From Macrostomum lignano (lineage: Eukaryota): a DNA stretch of 64,000 bases. The stretch covers positions 496,001-560,000 of the forward strand of contig NIVC01000100.1 of NCBI GenBank assembly GCA_002269645.1. The letters are read 5' to 3'. The notes beneath the pieces were generated by a model that had not been told where the DNA came from, did not search any database, and was given only the letters and a program-made list of their open reading frames with translations. A program made the position numbers and the translations under genes. Below are positions 13,689-26,690 of the stretch, piece after piece (positions within the stretch are counted from its first letter, which is position 1; each line of letters begins with the position of its first letter).

Positions 13689-14439
13689 AGTAACACTTCA
13701 ATACTGCAAATACTGTACTCAGTGTACTGTAAGTATTTTTTTAGTCTGGCACTATCCTGCTGTGCGGTGTGACACATTAAACTATATAATAGGAATCGAT
13801 CTACATGTATATTGTATAGTACGGTTGTGCAGTACGCAGCGCACAGACCGGTTGCCCCATGCAGACCAGACAGGCGGACTGATGGGGGGGGTCTGGGTAG
13901 GGGGGGTTTGGCCAATGAGCCGTATCGTTTTATATTTTATTCCCTCTCTCTCTCTCTCTGAGCCTACCTACGAGTATAACATTATAGTAAGCCCATAATA
14001 AGTAAAACAACAAACAGAGAAGAAATACTTATTCACAGGTTGGCTTAGTGAAGAAGAAACTTGAGGATAAAAGTATACAAAGATAGAGAATTGACAAGGG
14101 GAATCCTATCATGTTGATTGCTTCGTTTACCAGGTGCACTATGCACTATTGAAAGTCCAAAGTGGGGCCAGACTATAAATAAACGTTATAAATCCGAGAC
14201 TAAGCTGTGATTAGCATTTTAGCCATGTATAATGTTTATTTAAGAAACGCAGCGAACTACAAACGTTAGCTAGACGCTTTTATATATAATAATAGTTTGT
14301 ACTTACATATTTATAATATTGTTATTGCACACGCGATAATGCAGCCATCAAGGCCTTCAAATATGAGTGTCATAATTTAAATATTGTTTACCGATGAAGC
14401 GCTAGGTTGGGGTTGGGTTTTGGGGCTAGAACATGATGA

Positions 14440-14675
14440 GAGGGAGAGATGAGGGAGGGAGAGGGAGAGATGGGAGAGGAAGAGATGGGAGAAGGAGAGA
14501 TGAGAGATGAGAGAGGAATAGATTGGAGAGGGAGAGATGAGAGAGGAAGAGATGGGAGAGGGAGAGATGGGAGAGGAAGAGATGGGAGAGGGAGAGATGA
14601 GAGATGGGAGAGTGAGAGATGAGAGAGGGAGAGATGGAAAAGTTGGAAGAAGGGGATATGGGAGAGGGAGAGAGT
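14440..14675. repeat. GA-rich low-complexity tract
   Basis: GAGAGATGG/GGAGA-type degenerate repeats. Confidence 0.85.
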
Positions 14676-15358
14676 GGAAATCATAAGAGGTATAATGTAT
14701 AACCTACAATCAAATTTACGTAGCGCGCAGGCAACTGGCAAGAATGTATAATCTGAGAGTCTGAGACGTGTCCATACATATCCATGATAATAACTTTTAA
14801 ATAAAGATATTATTGCAATGAAAGTAAGAAAAGGCTTTCTTTGAATATAAATATTTGTTTTGAAATTTATTAACATACGAGTACCAATTTCCTAGTGGTA
14901 TTGCATTTGCATTCGCACACACTTTAGTTTGGAGTTGACATTGACTAGTCTACAGGGAATGGAGGGCGGAGGCTGAATGGATATGGAGACACAGACTCAC
15001 TCACTGTCACTAGCTGTAAACTTCCATGTAAAATGTATAAATGTGTACAAGTGTCATCTTTTACTCTTTCTCTTTTTTTGCTTGTTAGAAATTGTCTTAG
15101 TGCACCTTAAATGCGGGTCTCTTTTGAGTAGACACACACAGCGGTTAACAAATCTTTTAAACCTGACCTCAAACCCTCCAAGACCCAGTACAGAGTCCAG
15201 ACAAGACAGGGTCGGAGAGAGAGGAGAACAGACCGACAGATAAGATTTAACCTAAAGAGTAAAAATAGAAATGAATATATGTACGATTATGCACGCATAA
15301 TGTTTGTAGTAACGTTGCAAATGCGTACCTGTGTGTGTGTGTGTGTCACTGACCTAGT

Positions 15359-16084
15359 GTGTGAACCTCTCCTTCCTCAGTGTGAACCTCTCCTTCCTCA
15401 GTGTGAATCTCTCTTTCCTCAGTGTGAACCTCTCCTTCCTCAGTGTGAACCTCTCCTTCCTCAGTGTGAATCTCTCCTTCCTCAGTGTGAACCTCTCCTT
15501 CCTCAGTGTGAATCTCTCCTTCCTCAGTGTGAACCTCTCCTTCCTCAGTGTGAATCTCTCATTCCTCAGTGTGAATCTCTACTTTCTCAGTGTGAATCTC
15601 TCCTTCCTCAGTGTGAATCTCTCCTTCCTCAGTGTGAATCTCTCCTTCCTCAGTGTGAATCTCTCCTTCCTCAGTGTGAATCTCTCCTTCATCAGTGTGA
15701 ATCTCTCCTTTCTCAGTGTGAATCTCTCCTTCCTCAGTGTGAATCTCTCCTTCCTCAGTGTGAATCTCTCCTTCCTCAGTGTGAATCTCTCCTTCCTCAG
15801 TGTGAACCTCTCCTTCCTCAGTGTGAATCTCTCCTTCCTCAGTGTGAACCTCTCCTTCCTCAGTGTGAATCTCTCCTTCCTCAGTGTGAACCTCTCCTTC
15901 CTCAGTGTGAATCTCTCCTTCCTCAGTGTGAACCTCTCCTTCCTCAGTGTGAATCTCTCATTCCTCAGTGTGAATCTCTACTTTCTCAGTGTGAATCTCT
16001 CCTTCCTCAGTGTGAATCTCTCCTTCCTCAGTGTGAATCTCTCCTTCCTCAGTGTGAATCTCTCCTTCCTCAGTGTGAATCTCC
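15359..16084. repeat. 21-bp minisatellite (GTGTGAATCTCTCCTTCCTCA), ~34 units
   Basis: Direct tandem repeat; explains ORFs 15279..16172 and 15361..16233. Confidence 0.96.
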
Positions 16085-16848
16085 TTCTTCAAGTCATCAT
16101 CTTGATCGCGCTTCTTGTCCTCTCTTCTTCCAGTGGAACAGCGTGGCCTGGGATATCAGTAAGCATAACTAGCAAAGTCCCACTCCCACCGCAAGACAAA
16201 GCCTATTGCCCTGCACTTTCTAACCCTTGGTAAAGGTCCCCCCCTCTTCCTTGAGCGTGACTCATAAGGGTATAAAAGCTGGAAAGCGGACCCGACCGCA
16301 GACTAGAAGTAAACCCTTGGTCTGGAATGGGGTGATGGGAGGGGTACTTCTCTTGGAGGGGATCCGAGTTGTGGAGATAAAGATTTGTACGGGACAAGGA
16401 CGGCTTTCGTGGCGAATCGGGAATCCAGACCGTCTGTGTCCATGACCTTGAACTGGAACTTACGGCGGAGGGGGTTGCTTGCGGCAGACATGCGTGGAAT
16501 AAGGGCTTAAGGGTCGCTTCGAACTGTTGGGTGTGTAATATCGGCAATTGTGACTCACTTTGACTCACTGACCTTGATAATTCTTTTCGCTACCAGCTAT
16601 TGAACTACTGTTAGTTGAAATTACTACTTGAAACGGATAAGTGAGTAGTAGGTCGATATGTAAGGCTAAATAAAATCACAATTTGTTTCAACAAAATAGA
16701 ATGAGCTAGAATTTTTATATGAATTCTACTTACATGCTAAACAAGAGTAGTGCGTTGAAGAAAGACGCTGTCTTTTTATCTAAATCACCGAGAGTCTTGG
16801 AGTCCCACTTTAGTAATAACTCTAATTGGCTCAAGTCGGTTCAGAATG

Positions 16849-17283
16849 CTCTCCTCTCCTCACCTCTCCTCTCCTCTCCTCTCCTCTCCTCTCCTCTCCT
16901 CTCCTCTCCTCTCCTCACCTCTCCTCTCCTCTCCTCTCCTCTCCTCTCCTCTCCTCTCCTCTCCTCTCCTCTCCTCTCCTCTCCTCTCCTCTCCTCTCCT
17001 CTCCTCTCCTCTCCTCTCCTCTCCTCTCCTCTGCTCTCATCTCCTCTTCTCTCCTCTCCTCTCCTCTCCTCTCCTCTCCTCTCCTCTCCTCTCCTCTCCT
17101 CTCCTCTCCTCACCTCTCCTCTCCTCTCCTCTCCTCTCCTCTCCTCTCCTCTCCTCTCCTCTCCTCTCCTCTCCTCTCCTCTCCTCTCCTCACCTCTCCT
17201 CTCCTCTCCTCTCCTCTCCTCTCCTCTCCTCTCCTCTCCTCTCCTCTCCTCTCCTCTCCTCTCCTCTCCTCTCCTCACCTCTC
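16849..17283. repeat. (CTCCT)n microsatellite
   Basis: Near-perfect pentanucleotide run. Confidence 0.97.
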
Positions 17284-18027
17284 CCCACCTCTCAATTTCT
17301 CATCGCCTCTCGTCTTCTGTCCTTTCTTCCACATTCCCCTCTCTCCCCCTCCTTTCTTCTTTCAGAGTTTTTGCTAAAAATATGTTTCCAATTAAGATAG
17401 TGTCGTTTCTTGCCAAAAGTCCTATCTCCCCCCGTAGCTTTAGTCTGTTTTTCGCGCAAAAATGGACTCAATTATTTTCTTAGAAACTATGATGTTCCTG
17501 CCGCTTCTACTTCTCTCTTAGCTTCATCAAGAATTTTTAATCCATGTTGTCATGACAACGCTAAAAATGGGCACTGTCTTTCGTCTGTCCACTAGCTTTG
17601 TTCCATAGTTAAGGCGGAGCATTTCGCTGCAAGCGTGTCGCATTAAAAATTCACCTAATGACTTTTATCGCGGTTGAGTTTCCGTGAGAACTTAAATTGA
17701 GACTTCGATGCTATGTGCCCGTTTGTGTCAGCTGTCAGTCATTGACGTAAATCATTCCTCACTCTGTGTCTAATTTTAAACTAGAGAGACTTCTCTGGTC
17801 CAATCACACAGACCCGCGACTACTGCATGTGAATATTAACAGCTAATTTCGCGGGTCTCAGGACCGTCGCATCAAGAAATTTTCATGTGCGCAACAATAC
17901 TGGAGCATTGCAACATGAAATTAGCCTTGAGTCTGTACACCTTGGCCTTCTTGACTTCTCTGGCTTGTGGTGAGTCAACACAATGTCGGTTTTGTAAAAT
18001 GATATTTAAGCTTACGTGCTACACGGG

Positions 18028-20395
18028 TCTCTCCTGACATCTTCACTGCGTGTGTCCTCTGACACCCCACTGACTCTCCTGACATCTTCACTGCGTGTCT
18101 CCTCTGACACTCCACTGTCTCTCCTGACATCTTCACTGCGTGTGTCCTCTGACACCCACTGTCTCTCCTGACATCTTCACTGCGTGTGTCCTGTGACACC
18201 CCACTGACTCTCCTGACATCTTCACTGCGTGTCTCCTCTGACACTCCACTGTCTCTCCTGACATCTTCACTGCGTGTGTCCTCTGACACCCACTGTCTCT
18301 CCTGACATCTTCACTGCGTGTCTCCTCTGACACTCCACTGTCTCTCCTGACATCTTCACTGCGTGTGTCCTCTGACACCCACTGTCTCTCCTGACATCTT
18401 CACTGCGTGTGTCCTCTGACACCTCACTGACTCTCCTGACATCTTCACTGCGTGTGTCCTCTGACACCCACTGTCTCTCCTGACATCTTCACTGCGTGTG
18501 TCCTCTGACACCCCACTGACTCTCCTGACATCTTCACTGCGTGTCTCCTCTGACACTCCACTGTCTCTCCTGACATCTTCACTGCGTGTGTCCTCTGACA
18601 CCCCACTGACTCTCCTGACATCTTCACTGCGTGTGTCCTCTGACACCCCACTGTCTCTCCTGACATCTTCACTGCGTGTGTCCTCTGACACCCACTGTCT
18701 CTCCTGACATCTTCACTGCGTGTGTCCTCTGACACCCCACTGACTCTCCTGACATCTTCACTGCGTGTCTCCTCTGACACTCCACTGTCTCTCCTGACAT
18801 CTTCACTGCGTGTGTCCTCTGACACCCCACTGACTCTCCTGACATCTTCACTGCGTGTGTCCTCTGACACCCCACTGTCTCTCCTGACATCTTCACTGCG
18901 TGTGTCCTCTGACACCCACTGTCTCTCCTGACATCTTCACTGCGTGTGTCCTCTGACACCCCACTGACTCTCCTGACATCTTCACTGCGTGTCTCCTCTG
19001 ACACTCCACTGTCTCTCCTGACATCTTCACTGCGTGTGTCCTCTGACACCCCACTGTCTCTCCTGACATCTTCACTGCGTGTGTCCTCTGACACCCCTTT
19101 GTCTCTCCTGACATCTCCACTGCGTGTGTCCTCTGACACCCCACTGACTCTCCTGACATCTTCACTGCGTGTGTCCTCTGACACCCCACTGTCTCTCCTG
19201 ATATCTCCACTGCGTGTGTCCTCTGACACCCCACTGACTCTCCTGACATCTTCACTGCGTGTGTCCTCTGACACCCTACTGTCTCTCCTGACATCTCCAC
19301 TGCGTGTGTCCTCTGACACCCCACTGTCTCTCCTGATATCTCCACTGCGTGTGTCCTCTGACACCCCACTGTCTCTCCTGACATCTTCACTGCGTGTGTC
19401 CTCTGACACCCCACTGTCTCTCCTGATATCTCCACTGCGTGTGTCCTCTGACACCCCACTGTCTCTCCTGACATCTTCACTGCGTGTGTCCTCTGACACC
19501 CTACTGTCTCTCCTGACATCTCCACTGCGTGTGTCCTCTGACACCCTACTGTCTCTCCTGATATCTTCACTGCGTGTGTCCTCTGACACCCCACTGTCTC
19601 TCCTGACATCGTCACTGCGTGTGTCCTCTGACACCCTACTGTCTCTCCTGACATCTTCACTGCGTGTGTCCTCTGACACCCCACTGACTCTCCTGACATC
19701 TTCACTGCGTGTGTCCTCTGACACCCACTGTCTCTCCTGACATCTTCACTGCGTGTGTCCTCTGACACCCTACTGTCTCTCCTGATATCTTCACTGCGTG
19801 TGTCCTCTGACACCCCACTGACTCTCCTGACATCTTCACTGCGTGTGTCCTCTGACACCCCACTGTCTCTCCTGACATCTTCACTGCGTGTGTCCTCTGA
19901 CACCCCACTGTCTCTCCTGATATCTTCACTGCGTGTGTCCTCTGACACCCCACTGTCTCTCCTGATATCTTCACTGCGTGTGTCCTCTGACACCCCACTG
20001 TCTCTCCTGACATCTTCACTGCGTGTGTCCTCTGACACCCCATTCTCTCTCCTGACATCGTCACTGCGTGTGTCCTCTGACACCCCACTCTCTCTCCTGA
20101 CATTTTCACTGCGTGTGTCCTCTGACACCCCATTCTCTCTCCTGACATCGTCACTGCGTGTGTCCTCTGACACCCCACTCTCTCTCCTGACATCTTCACT
20201 GCGTGTGTCCTCTGACACCCCATTCTTTCTCCTGACATCGTCACTGCGTGTGTCCTCTGACACCCCACTCTCTCTCCTGACATCGTCACTGCGTGTGTCC
20301 TCTGACACCCCACTCTCTCTCCTGACATCGTCACTGCGTTTATCCTCTGACACCCCACTGACTCTCCTGACATCTTCACTGCGTTTGTGCTCTCC
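18028..20395. repeat. 45-bp intronic minisatellite (TCTCTCCTGACATCTTCACTGCGTGTGTCCTCTGACACCCCACTG), ~52 units, intron 1 of left gene
   Basis: 45-bp spacing (19801/19846); lies between donor 17970 and acceptor 20412. Confidence 0.96.
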
Positions 20396-20799
20396 TACAA
20401 GTCTTCTGCCAGAAGTACAACTTGTACTTTTGAATCCTGTCACGCAACTCCCATCTGATCCCCCCAACTTGCTCGCAGCCGACGTGCCGCCATTCGAGCT
20501 CACGGAGGCCCCGGTCCAGCTCAACGCCTCCTCGAGCAGCGAGCTTTTCAACTCCACCGGCCTGCGCTCCGACTCCGAGTGCCTCGCCGTCTGTCGGTCA
20601 CGTGACTGTCTGGCGGCCGCCTTCGTTCCGTCGACCGGCTTCTGTCAGCAGCTGGTGATGCACCACGATTCTCTGGGCCAGCAGCCTCAGGAGACTCGCG
20701 TGGACAGGCAGCTGGGAGTCGAGCTAGGCGACTCCGGCATGCGCGTGTGGCGGCGAGAGGACTTCGACAGCCAAGTTGGGCAACGCCGCATCGGAGCAC

Positions 20800-21030
20800 C
20801 TACGACGGCAACTCCGACGACAACTCCGACGACTACTCCGACGACTACTCCGACGACAACTCCGACGACAACTCCAACGACAACTCCGATGACAACTCCG
20901 ACGACAACTCCGACGACAACTCCGACGACAACTCCGACGACAACTCCGACGACAACTCCGACGACTACTCCGACGACAACTCCGACGACTACTCCGACAA
21001 CACCTCAAACGACAACTCCGACTACAACTG
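20800..21030 (+). repeat. Coding 12-bp repeat (ACGACAACTCCG) encoding a (TTTP)n mucin-like stalk
   Basis: In frame within exon 2 of the left gene; absent from the right copy. Confidence 0.85.
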
Positions 21031-22670
21031 CCCCTCCAGTCAGCTACACTATTCAATTTCAAAGTAAGCACTTCCTGATTTAGCATGTACGCGTTAGCCA
21101 ATGAGGCACCCAGAAAAAACAAAAAGTGCAGTTATGATTGTGTTATATTTTACAGATACAAACACAGGACCTTCCGGCTCGGTGCAGCAGCTGACAATCA
21201 ACGCCACCGGCTGCTACCGCATCGAGGCCTCCGGAGCATGGGGCGGAAACAACACCAGCAGCGGCAAGCTGGGGGGCAAAGGCGCTCTGGCCAAGGGCAA
21301 CTTCAGCCTGACTCTGGACACAACTCTGAGCATCCTTGTTGGCCAGGCGGGTGCAGAGCCGAATGACCACTACGGCGGTGCTGGCGGAGGCGGCGGCAGC
21401 TTCGTGTTCATCAACAGCAGCCCGAAGCAGCTCCTGGTAGCTGCTGGCGGCGGCGGCGGAGCTTCATAGTACTCTGATGGTGAGCTGTGAACATGGATTT
21501 TCCAAGGACCACTAGCACTACATCAGTACGCTATATTCAAAGATCGTGTAGGCCAATTTCCGCCCAGCTTATTAGTAGCTATTTTATCCTAATTCATAGA
21601 CTTGTCTAAATAATTAGCTCGTGTATATAGGCTATGTTTAGCGATATTTATCTTCATATTGCTGTCAACTAGCCTTTAGACACCTATAAGTTTTTAAGCC
21701 AGGCCAGGTAACCTTCACTAACTCAGATCAAATGCAATCAAAGATTTTGTAATGAAAAAATAGGGTTTTTCTTATCTCTGCAGTGTATTTTTTGACGAAA
21801 TTGGCCTAAAAAATACAAGATCTTTGAGTGTAGCGTCCTGATATACCGCTAGTGGTCCTTGGGAGTTTTTTGTAACAGGTATGCTGGGACCAGAAGGATG
21901 CTATATACATTGTGAGTCGCTTTGTATAGGTTTCCGTCTTCAGGTGTTGGGATTCTCGGGGAGTGCATGCATGTTTGCTGTTTGCTGTCTCACCCCAGGA
22001 CGCCCCGGCCAGTCCGGCGTGAACGGCACCGACGCTACCCAATCGAGTTCCGGCAAGCCGAGCTTCGATCACGGCGGTGCCAACGGCGCTGCTGGCTACA
22101 ATTCTCCCCAGGAAGTGGACAGCAAGGCTACTCACGGCGGCTGCGGCTCAGGCTGGAATGGCAAGGCTGTCTTAGTCAGGCGTGGCAACTATGACGGCGA
22201 ACGAGGCGGCTGGATTTTCGACAGCACCGGAGGCTCTGGCGGAGCTGGCGGCACCTCTAATGGCGGCGGAAGCGGCGCGGGCACCGGAGGCTTCGGCGGA
22301 GGCGGCGGCGGTGGCTGCGGTGGCGGTGGCAACAAGTGCGACAGCGCCTGCTCCGGCCCGTGCAGAGCGGCTGGCGGAGGCGGCGGCGGCTACAGCGGCG
22401 GCGGAGCCGGCGTCAACGAAGGTCAAGCTGGCGGTGGCGGCGGCTCCTACTGCTCCGGTGTCGGCTGCTCCAGCGTCACAGGCGGCTCGGTGAACTCGGC
22501 GAATCCACACGGTCTGGTGACGGTGACCGGGCCTGGCGGCGGCACCTGCTGACGGCTGAAGCTGAGCACTCGGGATCTACGGAGAATAACGGAATGACGA
22601 GAGTATGTTTATGAGTTTAAACTGAAAACTATAAACAAAATAGTCGGTCACTAGCAGTAGTGAGTAGAAT

Positions 22671-22829
22671 CCAGCTACAGAGGGGGGCGCCAGCTACGGA
22701 GGGGGCGCCAGCTAAAGAGGGGGCGCCAGCTACAGAGGGGGCGCCAGCTACAGAGGGGGCGCCAGCTAAAGAGGGGGCGCCAGCTACAGAGGGGGCGCCA
22801 ACTACAGAGGGGGCGCCAGTTACAGAGGG
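22671..22829. repeat. Short array (~9 units) of the 18-bp CCAGCTACAGAGGGGGCG repeat
   Basis: Reverse complement of the unit of the 41989-53018 array, at the homologous position ~120 bp after the stop codon. Confidence 0.92.
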
Positions 22830-23321
22830 TGTGGATGTCGAGTTGTCTTTACAAATTCAGCGAAGCTTCAGTCAGTGGGCCATAAATATCAATCATATTC
22901 GAATGCAATATTTAAACTTTAACGCGAATCAGCTTTTGTTTCAGTTTAGTGTGTTATAGTTTAATGTACTTTTATCTTAGTCTAACCTTCAAGTCAATAT
23001 TAATATAATCGATTGCTATTACATGCCCTCTTATAAGTCAATAATATACCCCCTATCTAAAAGTTTTTTCTAACATTTTTCAAAGACATTGACGTACAAA
23101 GAAAGTTCTTAAACTACCTTGTTTATATGCTTCTTTTCAAAACAAACCTTTTTTAACAAACATGTTTTTCTGTCTGGAGTGTCTCTGAAAACCAATTTAT
23201 TAAATACACTGGAAAACTTGACCGAGAATATTCTGTTTTTAATGCCCTCCCAACAAGTGCAGTGGCATGGTGACTTTCTTTTTTAATGGGGTAGCAGAGT
23301 ATGGTTTTGGGTACTCTGAGT

Positions 23322-24150
23322 GAGTCCCCGAATCCCTCACTGATCCTTTAGATCCCTCACTGAGTCCTTAGATCCCTCACTGAATCCCTAGATCCCTTAC
23401 TATGTCCTTAGATCCCCACTGAGTCCCTAGATCCCTCACTGAGTCCTCAGATCCCTCACTGAGTCCCTAGATCTCTCACTGAGTCCTTAAATCCCTCACT
23501 GAATCCCTAGATCCCTTACTATGTCCTTAGATCCCCACTGAGTCCCTAGATCCCCACTGAGTCCCTAGATCCCTCACTGAGTCCTCAGATCCCTCACTGA
23601 GTCCCTAGATCTCTCACTGAGTCCTTAAATCCCTCACTGAATCCCTAGATCCCTTACTATGTCCTTAGATCCCCACTGAGTCCCTAGATCCCTCACTGAG
23701 TCCTCAGATCCCTCACTGAGTCCCTAGATCTCTCACTGAGTCCTTAAATCCCTCACTGAATCCCTAGATCCCTTACTATGTCCTTAGATCCCCACTGAGT
23801 CCCTAGATCCCCACTGAGTCCCTAGATCCCTCACTGAGTCCTCAGATCCCTCACTGAGTCCCTAGATCTCTCACTGAGTCCTTAAATCCCTCACTGAATC
23901 CCTAGATCCCTTACTATGTCCTTAGATCCCCACTGAGTCCCTAGATCCCTCACTGAGTCCCTAGATCCCTCACTGAGTCTCTAGATCCCTCACTGAGTCC
24001 CTAGATCCCTCACTGATTCTGTAGATCCCTCAGTGAGTCCCTAGATCTCTCACTAAGTCCCTAGATCCTCCTCACTGAGTCTCTAGATCCCTCACCGAGT
24101 CCCTAGATCCTTTACTGATCCTCTAGATCCCTCTCTCAGTCCCTAGATCC
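23322..24150. repeat. ~20-bp minisatellite (CCCTAGATCCCTCACTGAGT) with higher-order units
   Basis: Tandem repeat; short inverted homologue at ~29800-29900. Confidence 0.93.
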
Positions 24151-24464
24151 CACTGAACCCCTACATGTAGATCCCAGTTTCCTCGACAACCTCATTCACG
24201 TGAGTAACCTGTAGCCCAACAAAGGCAGGCCCACGGAAAAATGTGATGCTCAAAAATTCACAGCAGGTTGAATTCTGGGCCTACCCAAAAACTTTTTTAA
24301 TCCTTCTGGCAAGAAATATTTAGCACAGTCAAAGGCTGGTTGCTAAGCAATTAAAACTCAGAGAAAAACTGAAACAAAGAAGATTTTAACTTGCCTGTCC
24401 TATTCAAAGTGTTCTCGTTATCTCTTTTGTCTGACAGCTGTTGCTAAAAAGGCTTACTTACTGG

Positions 24465-25860
24465 GAGAGTGGAATGGAGTAGAGTGGAGCAGAGTAGGGT
24501 AGATCAGAGTAGAGTAGAGTCGAGTCGAGTGGAGCAGAGTAGGGTGGATCAGAGTAGAGTAGAGTGGAGTAGAGTGGAGCAGAGTAGGGTAGATCAGAGT
24601 AGAGTAGAGTGGAGTAGAGTGGAGCAGAGTAGGGTAGATCAGAGTAGAGTAGAGTGGAGTAGAGTGGAGTGGAGTAGAGTAGGGTAGAGTAGGGTAGAGT
24701 AGAGTAGAGTAGATTAGATTAGAGTAGAGTGGAGTGGAGTAGAGTGGAGTGGAGTGGAGTAGAGTGGAGTAGAGTAGAGTGGAGTGGAGTGGAGTAGAGT
24801 GGAGTGGAGTAGAGTGGAGTGGAGTGGAGTAGAGTGGAGTGGAGTAGAGTGGAGTAGAGTGGAGTAGAGTGGAGTGGAGTAGAGTGGAGTAGAGTGGAGT
24901 AGAGTGGAGTAGAGTAGAGTGGAGTGGAGTGGAGTAGAGTAGAGTGGAGTGGAGTAGAGTGGAGTGGAGTAGAGCTGAGTAGAGTGGAGTAGAGTGGAGT
25001 GGAGTAGAGTGGAGTGGAGTGGAGTAGAGTGGAGTAGAGTAGAGTGGAGTGGAATGGAGTGGAGTAGAGTGGAGTAGAGTGGAGTGGAGTAGAGTGGAGT
25101 CGAGTGGAGTAGAGTGGAGTAGAGTAGAGTGGAGTGGAGTGGAGTAGAGTGGAGTAGAGTAGAGTGGAGTTTAGTGGAGTAGAGTGGAGTAGAGTGGAGT
25201 GGAATGGAGTGGAGTAGAGTGGAGTAGAGTGGAGTGGAGTGGAGTTGAGTGGAGTCGAGTGGAGTAGAGTGGAGTAGAGTGGAGTAGAGTGAAGTGGAGT
25301 GGAGTTGAGTGGAGTGGAGTGGAGTGGAGTGGAGTTGAGTGGAGTCGAGTGGAGTAGAGTGGAGTAGAGTGGAGTGGAGTGGAGTTGAGTGGAGTCGAGT
25401 GGAGTAGAGTGGAGTAGAGTGGAGTAGAGTGGAGTAGAGTGGAGTTGAGTGGAGTGGAGTGGAGTAGAGTGGAGTGGAGTGGAGTGGAGTGGAGTAGAGT
25501 GGAGTAGAGTAGAGTGGAGTTTAGTGGAGTAGAGTGGAGTAGAGTGGAGTGGAGTGGAGTGGAGTAGAGTGGAGTAGAGTGGAGTGGAGTGGAGTTGAGT
25601 GGAGTCGAATGGAGTGGAGTGAAGGAGAGTAAAGTGGAATCTAGTAGACAATAGTAGAGTGGAGCAGAGTGGAGTGGAGTGGAGTGGAGTGGAGTGGAGT
25701 GGAGTAGAGTGGAGTGGAGTAGAGTGGAGTGAAGTAGAGTAAAGTGGAATCTAGTAGACAATAGTAGAGTGGAGTACAGTCGAGTATAGCGGAGTAGAGA
25801 AGAGTAGGATAAATTAGAGTGGACTAGAATAGAGCAGAGTCGATGCAGTTAGAGTGGAAT
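24465..25860. repeat. (GAGTA/GAGTG)n pentanucleotide microsatellite
   Basis: Direct sequence. Confidence 0.96.
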
Positions 25861-26690
25861 ATTAGCAAAGCAGGAGCTCACTCATACCGTTTGAAGGCAG
25901 ACATGCCAGCAAATTCTGCATTGCCCAACCTGCATTTGAGCCGTGTTCGCAAACAGCTCCAGCTTAATTCCTAACTGTCCTTTTCTTAATCCCCCCTGGT
26001 TCAGCACTTATTATTCTTGAAGTGAACAAACCCTGTTTCTCTCTACACGCAAGACAACTACCCCCCCCCCCAGCCAGAGCTGGTCTCAACTTTGAAAATT
26101 TAATTAAACCTCAGCAGATGGAAGAGAGCAGTGGCGCATAGGAGAAAGGCAGGGAGCAAACAGAGCTTATTGTTAGCAGAGAGGTGACAGAACGGTGCAT
26201 ATTTAAGTACGATATGGCTGGCAAGTTGATGCTTGCTATATAAATGACTGCAAGGCTCTCTAGACCGTTTTTTTCAACTGCAAAAAACGAATAAATCGAG
26301 GCCCATTACCCTGCCTGTCTTAGACTATAGACCCAAGAAAGCCTCCAAAAAACCCGAAATGGAAGACCCAGTCGTGAAACTGAGACGCTGCAAATCTGCC
26401 CGACCAGACATGGCTCGGAGATCCCGGTAACATGATTTATTATTAATAATCTAAGATTGATTAATGAGGAGTGAGTTCATCAACTGTGTCGCATTGCAGC
26501 ACTGACAATCGCTGGGATCCCTGGGATCCGGTGGTCCAGGCTCGAATCCTGCCGCTCGGCACTAGGCACTGGAGTCAGATGAAGGCTCAGGTAGTAGAGG
26601 AAGTAGGAAGTGATATCAAGTTGCTTTCGATACATATCGTCAAGTAATGTAGTCAATAACGAAGTATACTTACCTGCAAATCTTGCTGAT

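Larger units (their letters stand above)
17915..22552 (+). pseudogene. Secreted PAN/apple-like + Thr/Pro stalk + ALK/LTK-type glycine-rich protein, left copy; exons 17915-17969, 20413-21063, 21156-21479, 21999-22552; in-frame TAG at 21467-21469
   Basis: Exon 1 MKLALSLYTLAFLTSLAC (signal-peptide-like) then G|gtgagt. All three introns are GT-AG and phase 1. ECLAVC..DCLAAAF..FCQQL is a PAN-like Cys pattern. YRIEASGAWGG, ILVGQAG, GGGGGSFVF, LLVAAGGGGGA and GGGGGYSGG are Gly-rich-domain motifs. The stop corresponds to CAG in the paralogue, so this is a truncated gene, a pseudogene or a base error. Confidence 0.75.

Noticed and set aside
15279-20557. Repeat-derived ORFs (PQCESLL, SVNLSFL, SSPLL, SEDTRSEDVRRD etc.)
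   Set aside because: Translations of 21-bp, 5-bp and 45-bp tandem repeats; open in several frames; the 45-bp array is intronic.
24469-25761. HSTPL/EWSRV ORFs
   Set aside because: Pentanucleotide microsatellite translations.
26500-26560. Box-B-like CCAGGCTCGAATCC similar to the SINE head
   Set aside because: No box A, tail or TSD found.
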